DNA from: a virus
Lineage: Duplodnaviria > Caudoviricetes
DNA: 27,400 bases
Strand: one strand, 5' to 3'
IMG/VR virus record: IMGVR_UViG_3300017766_001535
Span: 1-27,400 of that record
The translations under genes were made by a program, and so were the position numbers. Positions 17,466 through 24,654 of this stretch are shown piece after piece. Below the pieces are notes generated by a model that did not search any database, was not told where the DNA came from, and saw nothing but the letters and a program-made list of their open reading frames with translations. Positions within the stretch are counted from its first letter, which is position 1; every line of letters starts with the position of its first letter.

Positions 17466-19394
17466 TTAGGAACATGTCCCGTCTATTACATTTTCTGCAG
17501 TAAAATAATAAAGATATTTATTATCATAAGAAGAATCCCAATCACTCAAAGGAACTCCAGCACTTCCAAAAATAGTTTGCCAAGATTTTTTATACATTTT
17601 TACAAAATGATAAACTTGACCAGAAGATGCTACTCCAGAACTAGAAGGAAGTCCTATAGGTCTATAGTTAAATCCATTTGGTGGAAAAATCCAACCAGGA
17701 CTATATGTTGCTGCTCCGCTAGTATTTCTGTTTCCAGATTCATTTATATTAATTGCATAAGTATCGTATTGATTAGAAGTGGATTTAATATTTGGATCTA
17801 GTACCCAATGAGAAATATCCATTACATCACCACTTGAATATATTTGACTACTATCGCCTTGGTTTTTTGGAGCAAAATTAATTTTATTCCAACCATAAAT
17901 CCATTTTCTATTAGTTCCAGTTGGATCAATACCATTATCAAATTTATATGATGTCAACACAGCAAAAAAAGAATCATCTTGATCTTGTCCCATACAACAC
18001 AATGAATACATTACAAAATTTTGAAGTTCTACTTTACGAATCAATTCTAATTGATTGGATCCACTAAACCCATCTGATGTTAATTTTACAGCAGAATTAT
18101 ACTTAATATCAAGAACTTTTTGTAAATTACTACCACTTGGAGTTGGAACTGATAATATATTATTTGGATAATATGGATCAAGTGGAGTCAAATCAAACAC
18201 ATTTTTCCACATTTCAGTATTATCAATGAATGGAAATGAGGCTGTTAGACCAGCCAAATTAAAGTTTTTATATTGGCCTTCCATGCCATATTGGCCACTC
18301 ATGTGAGTTGAAGAGGCATTTTTTCCAGTTGTTTTTGCATCATCAATATATCCCCAATGCCCAGAATATTCTAATTCTTCTGCGCCTTTTTCAAATCCAT
18401 TTGTTCCAGAAGTATTTCCAACAAGTTGAATATTATATCTTGCCCCTTCATCTAGAAATTGATAAGCAAGATTCGTGTAGGTATTTCCACCAGTTATACC
18501 ATCTAATATTTTCGGTGTTTTTCTTACATAATAATATTGTTTTATAAGATACTGAAGACCTTGATTTGTGCTGTAATTATACAATTTTTTATACAAGGTA
18601 CCATTTATTTTTTGTTGTGGTATGTCTCCTGAATATATTGCATATCTTAAATTATAAGTTCTTAGTGCTGCTGATCCATTCAAATCCTTAGTTACAGAAG
18701 AAATGCATTTTAAATTTAAATAACTGCCCCAATCAGTCCAAAATACAAATCGTGGTTTATCTTTAAAGTCGGAATATGGTCCACCTTCTAATGGTACGGC
18801 ATAACTTGCAAGATAATTTAAATATTCTGCAATGTTGTCAGAACCAACTTCAGTACCATCAAGTTTTGGATTTAAAGGACGATAGCAAACATAATTATCG
18901 GTTTCTTCAACTAAATTAATTCCTTGAGTATACTCGGATCCTATAGCGCTGGCAACATTTTTAAAAAACTCATCTATTCTTACAACTTTTGGTTTAGTTG
19001 TTTTAAGTAAACTAGATAATGTATTTTCTTGACAGAAAAAATACAAATAATTACTAAAATGAAGTGCAACATATGTTTCTTCTGTAGCTGATGCCGCATT
19101 ATTTAAATGCGCAACAGCATGTATTCTAAAACGATCAAATTTTCCATTTTCATATTTAAAAGTTAAATATGCTACACCAAAAAGACTTAATCTAGAAATA
19201 AAATCTGCTTTATCTCTTACAATCAAAACACCAGATGGAAATGTATCAAATAAACTTTCTGTAAGTTCAAGTCTGTGGTATTCACATTCTTCATTTCTTT
19301 CAAAAATATTTAATGACACATTACCAGTATCACTTTGTAATATAATACCAATTAAAGGAGAATTGAATGGATTTGAATTTGAATTTGTACTCAT
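17466..19394 (-). CDS. Baseplate hub (gp27-like) N-terminal part, with additional C-terminal domain
   Basis: Follows gp53; N-terminal LELTESLFDTFPSGVLIVRD..DFISRL and central 'LASYAVP...RFVFW' resemble hub motifs of T4-like phages. Confidence 0.65.
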   Translation of the reverse strand: MSTNSNSNPFNSPLIGIILQSDTGNVSLNIFERNEECEYHRLELTESLFDTFPSGVLIVRDKADFISRLSLFGVAYLTFKYENGKFDRFRIHAVAHLNNAASATEETYVALHFSNYLYFFCQENTLSSLLKTTKPKVVRIDEFFKNVASAIGSEYTQGINLVEETDNYVCYRPLNPKLDGTEVGSDNIAEYLNYLASYAVPLEGGPYSDFKDKPRFVFWTDWGSYLNLKCISSVTKDLNGSAALRTYNLRYAIYSGDIPQQKINGTLYKKLYNYSTNQGLQYLIKQYYYVRKTPKILDGITGGNTYTNLAYQFLDEGARYNIQLVGNTSGTNGFEKGAEELEYSGHWGYIDDAKTTGKNASSTHMSGQYGMEGQYKNFNLAGLTASFPFIDNTEMWKNVFDLTPLDPYYPNNILSVPTPSGSNLQKVLDIKYNSAVKLTSDGFSGSNQLELIRKVELQNFVMYSLCCMGQDQDDSFFAVLTSYKFDNGIDPTGTNRKWIYGWNKINFAPKNQGDSSQIYSSGDVMDISHWVLDPNIKSTSNQYDTYAININESGNRNTSGAATYSPGWIFPPNGFNYRPIGLPSSSGVASSGQVYHFVKMYKKSWQTIFGSAGVPLSDWDSSYDNKYLYYFTAENVIDGTCS

Positions 19395-20242
19395 AAACCA
19401 GAGTATTTAGGGGTGATCAAAGAAGATAAAGATGAAACCAAATCTATAGGAGCAATGACGTTTATCTGTTTTGTTTTATCTTTTATATAATTTTCAACAG
19501 TTACTGTTGTTAAATTTGTGTTACTTACATTCAAAAAGGCATCACTATCTCCCGCAGGTTCTGCTCCAACAGGAGTATTAATTTTTTTTGTTTTATCTGA
19601 TGAGAATTCTTCAAATATTGTTTCTGTATATTTTATACTATTGTTTGCTGTAGTATTATTATTTGTTGCAAAATAAGTATCACCTTTATAAATAAAAGTT
19701 AAATTTGTTATAGGTGTTGTCGATGGATATATAAAATTTTCACCTGTATCTACATTTGGTTTTACTGCTACATTTTTACTATATGAATTTGATTTTTCAA
19801 CTAGAGCCAATCCACCGTTTAAATCAAAATTTCCAACATAAGTATATTCCCATGGTTGTCCTGAGGTTGCCCCAACATATGGTGTCAATATACTTCCTGC
19901 TGGAGGATTGAATGTAGTTCCGCTAAGATAATAACCAGAAGAAGTACTATAAGGATTAAAAGCTGTTTTTATTTCATTTTCAGAAATAAAATTAGTAGCA
20001 TTTTCATCAGTAACTTTAAATGGATTTATTGCATTGTTAGAATGCAAAAATACCCAAAGAGAATCAGGATCATTAAAAACTGATAAAGATGCTTCTATTA
20101 AAGTTGTTTTATTGTCAATAGTAATACTAGTTTGTCTTTGATTTTTTATATTTTTATTATAAAAACTATAAAAATTGCAAAGACTAATATCACCTATTTC
20201 AGTTGAATAAGTTTTTTTGGGTAAATTTGTAAAAAATTTCAT
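19391..20242 (-). CDS. gp53: Baseplate wedge protein
   Basis: MKFFTNLPK..Y start; S..VFNDPDSLWVFLHSNNAINPF (LysM-like gp53 motif); follows gp48. Confidence 0.75.
   Translation of the reverse strand: MKFFTNLPKKTYSTEIGDISLCNFYSFYNKNIKNQRQTSITIDNKTTLIEASLSVFNDPDSLWVFLHSNNAINPFKVTDENATNFISENEIKTAFNPYSTSSGYYLSGTTFNPPAGSILTPYVGATSGQPWEYTYVGNFDLNGGLALVEKSNSYSKNVAVKPNVDTGENFIYPSTTPITNLTFIYKGDTYFATNNNTTANNSIKYTETIFEEFSSDKTKKINTPVGAEPAGDSDAFLNVSNTNLTTVTVENYIKDKTKQINVIAPIDLVSSLSSLITPKYSGL
19404..19411 (-). promoter_or_regulatory. Possible late promoter CCTAAATA for the hub gene
   Basis: TAAATA core inside the 3' end of gp53, 9 nt before the ATG at 19394. Confidence 0.4.
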
Positions 20243-20251
20243 ATAAAGTTC

Positions 20252-21052
20252 TTAACCATTATTTCCAAAAGACATATAAGATATTTCCGACTTTGATCTG
20301 ATGTAATTCAATGCTGGAACAAATGTTCCTGTTTCAAATTCTGTAAAAATAAGAGACATTAGTGTGTAGGATGATGCTCCATTTGGTAAAAATCTAATAA
20401 CTGAATCTACATTGTCATTTTTCTTTACCATTACTTGTTCTAAAACACATGGTAAAGGTTCTCCTAACCATATTTCAGATAAATTTTGAAAACTAGAACT
20501 TTGATTACCAGCAGTTACACTAATTGTCCATAAATTTTGCGGTAAAGTTCTTTCAGGATAATTGGCAATAACTGGATATGACCATTTTCTGAAAGAAGCT
20601 ACAATATTTTCCACTTCGGAACTTTCTTGTGCATTATGTGGTACAAATATATAATCAAATTTATATGTTTTTCTTGCTTCACTTATCATAGACATTTCAG
20701 TAATATTTGAAAAACGTCTATACGTAGAAGTTGCAAATTGTTTTTCCGAATAAAACTGTGCTGGCTGTAATGTTCTATCAAATAAAGTATCAAAATTACC
20801 AAATCCACCAGAATTTGCTACTCCGGCCATACTCATTACTGGTCCTATAGGACTGTCGCTTTGACCAAATTCATGTGCTGCGTGAAATCCAGGTTCTTTT
20901 GGTAAAGGTAATTTAATATGACCGAAACTTCTCTGTACTATGGTAGAACGCATTCTATCAATATTTCTTAATGAATATGGTGCAACATAAAAATTAACCC
21001 ATAAAGGTTGTTCTTGAGCATATGAACCAGTTGGATATGAGTAGTATGCCAT
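20252..21052 (-). CDS. gp48: Baseplate tail tube cap
   Basis: YP start, IKLPLP, RKTYKFDYIFVPHNAQES..V..IV..FRKWSYP, PCVLEQV.V and MSL.FTE motifs. Confidence 0.8.
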   Translation of the reverse strand: MAYYSYPTGSYAQEQPLWVNFYVAPYSLRNIDRMRSTIVQRSFGHIKLPLPKEPGFHAAHEFGQSDSPIGPVMSMAGVANSGGFGNFDTLFDRTLQPAQFYSEKQFATSTYRRFSNITEMSMISEARKTYKFDYIFVPHNAQESSEVENIVASFRKWSYPVIANYPERTLPQNLWTISVTAGNQSSSFQNLSEIWLGEPLPCVLEQVMVKKNDNVDSVIRFLPNGASSYTLMSLIFTEFETGTFVPALNYIRSKSEISYMSFGNNG

Positions 21053-21059
21053 ATATTAT

Positions 21060-21080
21060 TATTTATGATTTTCATAAATA
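21060..21080. promoter_or_regulatory. Back-to-back divergent late promoters (CATAAATA on each strand)
   Basis: TATTTATGA-ttt-TCATAAATA inverted repeat in the 34-bp gap between gp48 and gp4. Confidence 0.75.
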
Positions 21081-21086
21081 TTTTTA

Positions 21087-21506
21087 ATGGCCTATAAAAC
21101 TAAATATAAACCAGTCAACAAAGGCAAATATGTGGGAGATTCTAATTCCATAAACTGTCGTTCTTTGTGGGAACGAAGTGTTTGTAAATTTTGTGATATA
21201 AATGATAACGTATTAAAATGGTCTTTTGAAGAAATGGTAGTTCCTTATCACAATCCAATTGACAATAAAATAAGAAATTATATACCAGATTTTACCGTTC
21301 AGATTAAAATAAATGGTAAAATAGAAACATGGATGATTGAAGTAAAACCAAAAAAGCAAACCCTTTTGAAGGAAAATGCATCAAAAAAAGAACGAATTAC
21401 ATGGGCGGTGAATAGCGCTAAATGGAAAGCAGCCCAAGCATATTGCGAAAAGTACAATATGGTATTTAAAATTTTAACAGAAAAAGAGCTATTTGCTAAT
21501 GCTTGA
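21087..21506 (+). CDS. gp4: Head completion nuclease (TnsA-like PD-(D/E)xK fold)
   Basis: MAYK.KYKP.N..KYVGD, RSLWER, WS.EE..VPY, YIPDF, IEVKP, VNSAKWKAA and FKILTEKEL motifs. Confidence 0.95.
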   Translation: MAYKTKYKPVNKGKYVGDSNSINCRSLWERSVCKFCDINDNVLKWSFEEMVVPYHNPIDNKIRNYIPDFTVQIKINGKIETWMIEVKPKKQTLLKENASKKERITWAVNSAKWKAAQAYCEKYNMVFKILTEKELFANA

Positions 21507-22059
21507 TAACACAATAAACAGTTTAAAAACTTATTTTTCACAACATAAGGGAGTACAAAGACCAAATAGATATTCTATGTCTTTTGTAAATGCTCCTAAT
21601 TCTTCATTTAAAGATACCGAATATGTTGTGGATGAGTTTCAACTAAATAAACGAGCAATCGATACAGTATCAGATAATTTAAATGGTTATGGTATTGGAA
21701 GATTGATTCCACGCAGACAAAGATTTGAACAAGGATTTGGAGTAACGTTTCCAGTAACTGGAGACAATAGAATTATGTTATTTATGAATGATTGGTTTAA
21801 TTTAATTTACAGTGGAGGCTATTCTGTAGGAAGTTACAATACTCCATTTAAATTAAATTATTATGATACTATTGTTAAAAATTGTCAAGTAATATTAAGT
21901 TTATTGGATTTAAATGGAAATGTTGCATCTAGAATTACTTTTTTTGAAGTTATGCCAGTTGAAACACTTCCAATAAAACCAAACAGCATTGCACCAGATC
22001 CTTATATGCGGTATAGTGTAATTTTTAATTATAGAGATTTTAAACATGAAAAAGGTTAA
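21499..22059 (+). CDS. gp54: Baseplate tail tube initiator (gp54-like, tube fold)
   Basis: GVQRPNRYSM, F..W...I, YYD, LLDLNG and F.EVMP motifs; lies between gp4 and gp26; ATG at 21499. Confidence 0.7.
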   Translation: MLDNTINSLKTYFSQHKGVQRPNRYSMSFVNAPNSSFKDTEYVVDEFQLNKRAIDTVSDNLNGYGIGRLIPRRQRFEQGFGVTFPVTGDNRIMLFMNDWFNLIYSGGYSVGSYNTPFKLNYYDTIVKNCQVILSLLDLNGNVASRITFFEVMPVETLPIKPNSIAPDPYMRYSVIFNYRDFKHEKG

Positions 22060-22062
22060 TAT

Positions 22063-22728
22063 ATGAATTTGATTGAAGAACTAAAAACATATTTTCCAAA
22101 ATATGAAACTGTTTTGCCAGTAAGTAAAATAAAGGTTTCCTTTTCTCCGTTTAAAGTAAAAGACGCAAAAAATTTAGCAATTATTTTACAAGAAAATAAT
22201 AAAAAATTGGCAGTAAATGCCTTATATGAAATATTAAAAAATAATTGTGAAGGAGTTGACCCAAAACAACTTCTTATGGCAGATGCCGAGTATCTGTTTT
22301 TGCAAATTAGATCAAAAAGTATTGATGAAATAATTTCTATCATATATGAAAATAACAAATATAAATTAAACATAAATGAAATTAAATGCGTGAACAATCA
22401 AGAAAATAAAATATTAAACATAAACAAGAACATTACAGTTGAATTAGAAGCACCTTTATTAAAAGATTTAATGGATTTAAATTCTTTTGAAAAAAATGAT
22501 TTTCAACAAGCATGCATTAAAAAAATTATTGTAAAAAATGAAATATATGATTTTAAAAAATATATTCCAGATGAAATAAAAGAAATAATGAATAATTTGC
22601 CAATTTCTATATTGGCAGAATTGGATAAATTTATTCAAGGGCAACCTAAACTTACTGCTTCAATAACATTAACTGATGGATCAGAAAAGGAGGTAAGTGG
22701 GTTATTGGATTTTTTTATCTTTCGGTAA
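22063..22728 (+). CDS. gp26: Baseplate hub assembly chaperone
   Basis: PKYETVLP.S...V.F.PF.VKD.K.L, D.EYLFLQIRSKSIDE, QPKL and terminal GLLDFF motifs. Confidence 0.9.
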   Translation: MNLIEELKTYFPKYETVLPVSKIKVSFSPFKVKDAKNLAIILQENNKKLAVNALYEILKNNCEGVDPKQLLMADAEYLFLQIRSKSIDEIISIIYENNKYKLNINEIKCVNNQENKILNINKNITVELEAPLLKDLMDLNSFEKNDFQQACIKKIIVKNEIYDFKKYIPDEIKEIMNNLPISILAELDKFIQGQPKLTASITLTDGSEKEVSGLLDFFIFR

Positions 22729-22910
22729 GATACTTTGATCTTACCGATTACTATAAATCTAATTTCAAATTGGTAAATTCTTTTTCTTGGAACATAACGG
22801 ATATTGAAAATATGATGGTATGGGAAAGAGAAATTTATATTAATTTACTTTTAGATCATATAGAAACACAAAAACAATCTCAAAATACTAATCCATTTAC
22901 AATGATGTAA
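22713..22910 (+). CDS. gp51: Baseplate hub assembly protein gp51-like; no own start codon, probably the -1 frameshift extension of gp26 (absent from the ORF track)
   Basis: Manual translation of the -1 frame gives FYLSVRYFDLTDYYKSNFKLVNSFSWNITDIENMMVWEREIYINLLLDHIETQKQSQNTNPFTMM*, containing the gp51 signature L..YY..NF.L.......IENM..WEREIY..LL. Confidence 0.85.
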   Translation, partial: FYLSVRYFDLTDYYKSNFKLVNSFSWNITDIENMMVWEREIYINLLLDHIETQKQSQNTNPFTMM

Positions 22911-22913
22911 CCT

Positions 22914-23396
22914 ATGACAGAAGATAATACATTCAATATAGATTTTCAGGCAGAACAATCAAAATTTGATCAATATATTACTCCCACTATTAAAGTGGAT
23001 GATTCTCAATATAAAATTGAAATGTCCGAGATTAAACCACCAGAACCAGAAAAAATAACTATTGATCCCAAAACAACTGTTATTCCAAATAGAGAAGTAA
23101 TGAGTCCAATGTCTGGTAAAATGGATTCATATGTATTACAAACTGCTCCTATTGTTTCACAAGCCGAACAAGCCCAAGCATTATTGGCAAATGCTTCTTC
23201 AAGTCAAGAAAATTTATATAAAGAAATGAATACAATTCATTCGGCATTAAGTGAATTAAATTCGCAAATAGGAAAAAAACAGGATTTGGTACGAAATGAC
23301 GCAGCGCTAACAGAATCAAGAGTATCAATCATGCAAAAAAACATAATGTTTTATGATAGGTTGGGAAGATCTGTTGGTAGACCATCTTGGGGATAA
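22914..23396 (+). CDS. Hypothetical protein in the slot after gp26/gp51; candidate very short tape-measure-like protein
   Basis: 160-aa ORF with a helical Q/A/S-rich C-terminal half; last gene before the terminator; function inferred from position only. Confidence 0.5.
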   Translation: MTEDNTFNIDFQAEQSKFDQYITPTIKVDDSQYKIEMSEIKPPEPEKITIDPKTTVIPNREVMSPMSGKMDSYVLQTAPIVSQAEQAQALLANASSSQENLYKEMNTIHSALSELNSQIGKKQDLVRNDAALTESRVSIMQKNIMFYDRLGRSVGRPSWG

Positions 23397-23421
23397 AAAA
23401 AGCCCCCTTGCGGGGGCTTTT
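23395..23421. terminator. Bidirectional rho-independent terminator
   Basis: A7-GCCCCC-TTGC-GGGGGC-T4 between convergent genes; GCAA loop on the minus strand. Confidence 0.9.
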
Positions 23422-23422
23422 C

Positions 23423-24280
23423 TCAATCATTCTCCATTTCGGAGAAGTACTTTAGAGGATCCTTTTCCTCAATGTCTTCAGACACTACCGTGTCTGCCAC
23501 ATCATCCTCAATGCTCTTGCTTTCAGTAAACTGAGCACGAACATCATCGCCAACAGCCTTCTTGTATCGTTCAGTGAGTTCTGCGTAACTCTTGAACTGG
23601 CTCTTATCAACAAATGGCTTTAGAGGATACTGCTTCTTCCAAAGTTCCTCTAGCTTCTTGTCATCTCCACCAAAAAGAGGAGCAGGAGATGCAAATTCTG
23701 ACCGATCATAATTTACGTAACCTCCGACATTACGAATCTTGATCTTGAAGTCTGCACCAGTCCAGAAGTTGAATGGGTCAACTGCAACCTCATCCTGATA
23801 CTCTGGGTGAGCGAGGCTTTGAATCTTCTGGAAGATCTTTGTACCATACTGGTAAAGGAAAACCTTTCCCTTATTCTCTGGGTTAGCAGGATCTTCAATT
23901 ACAAGAATATTGGAAATGTAAGCCAACTTACGCTTACGATTTCTTGCAATGTTCTTATCATCTTCAATACCGCTATTCCAAAGTTCCGTGTTACCCTGAC
24001 AAATTGGGCACTTCTCACCAATCGTAGTGGGGCAATTTTCAAACAGCCAACCACCCTTGCCTTTGAATGCATGGCTGTACATTGATACAAAGGGCGTATC
24101 TTCTCCCTGAATTTCAGGCAGGAAGCGGATTACAGCATATCCGTTACCTGCTTTATCGATACCGGGCTTCCAAAGACGCTCGTCCTTGTAACTCTCCTTA
24201 GAGGTGAGTTTATCCATACGCTCGGTTAGAGATGCGACTGAGTTCTTACTCTTCTTCTTAAAATCTGCAAAGTTTGACAT
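23423..24280 (-). CDS. gp32: Single-stranded DNA-binding protein
   Basis: DERLWKP..DKAGNGYAVIRFLP, HAFKG.GGW..ENCPTTIGEKCPIC (Zn site), RKRKLAYISNI, GADFKIKIR.V.GY.NYD.SEF motifs and acidic tail. Confidence 0.98.
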   Translation of the reverse strand: MSNFADFKKKSKNSVASLTERMDKLTSKESYKDERLWKPGIDKAGNGYAVIRFLPEIQGEDTPFVSMYSHAFKGKGGWLFENCPTTIGEKCPICQGNTELWNSGIEDDKNIARNRKRKLAYISNILVIEDPANPENKGKVFLYQYGTKIFQKIQSLAHPEYQDEVAVDPFNFWTGADFKIKIRNVGGYVNYDRSEFASPAPLFGGDDKKLEELWKKQYPLKPFVDKSQFKSYAELTERYKKAVGDDVRAQFTESKSIEDDVADTVVSEDIEEKDPLKYFSEMEND

Positions 24281-24289
24281 AGTATATTC

Positions 24290-24306
24290 CCGAGGACCTA
24301 CCTCGG
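24290..24306 (-). promoter_or_regulatory. Hairpin in the gp32 translation initiation region
   Basis: CCGAGG-TAGGT-CCTCGG stem between GAAAGG and the ATG. Confidence 0.6.
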
Positions 24307-24319
24307 CCTTTCTAGTTTA

Positions 24320-24347
24320 ATTATAGCCCAAGTAGATGGTTAGTCAA
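24320..24347 (-). promoter_or_regulatory. Sigma70-like promoter for gp32
   Basis: TTGACT-16 nt-TATAAT. Confidence 0.75.
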
Positions 24348-24576
24348 CTGGGAGTTTCTTAGTTTTTATCTTTGTTTTAATCAAATGAAGATTTTTTGCT
24401 TCATTTTCAATTTTTTCAATTAAAGGTTTTGTTAGTAATTTTCCAGCTGCAGAGGGATCTAAATTTAATTCCTCTGCCAACTCAAGAACACAATCCATAA
24501 AAGACAGATGTGTTAATTTTACTCTATCTAACACCTTTGAAGAAAATTTTTCTTTGGCTGCTTCGTCTATGTACAT
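24340..24576 (-). CDS. gp33: Late transcription coactivator
   Basis: FS..V.......SFMDCVLELAEELNLDP..A.KLLTKPLIEKIENEA..LHLIK....KLPV motif; ATG at 24576. Confidence 0.9.
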   Translation of the reverse strand: MYIDEAAKEKFSSKVLDRVKLTHLSFMDCVLELAEELNLDPSAAGKLLTKPLIEKIENEAKNLHLIKTKIKTKKLPVD

Positions 24577-24582
24577 ATAATC

Positions 24583-24610
24583 AGTATACCACCATATTAA
24601 CAATATCCAA
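24583..24610 (-). promoter_or_regulatory. Sigma70-like promoter for gp33
   Basis: TTGGAT-16 nt-TATACT with extended TGn; 6 nt to the ATG. Confidence 0.55.
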
Positions 24611-24622
24611 TAATTTAATACA

Positions 24623-24630
24623 CCTAAATA
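24623..24630 (+). promoter_or_regulatory. Late promoter CCTAAATA for the ORF at 24655
   Basis: TAAATA core followed by a GAGGA SD and the ATG. Confidence 0.6.
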
Positions 24631-24654
24631 TTCTAGAACTATTTAGAGGATACC

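Noticed and set aside
21087-21506. TnsA-like nuclease as a sign of a Tn7 element or homing endonuclease
   Set aside because: It is the core T4-like gp4 head completion protein in its normal context; no transposon ends or partner genes
7531-23396. Bacterial tailocin or extracellular contractile injection system
   Set aside because: The tail genes sit with capsid, portal, terminase, gp32 and gp33 genes and T4 late promoters, so this is a phage genome
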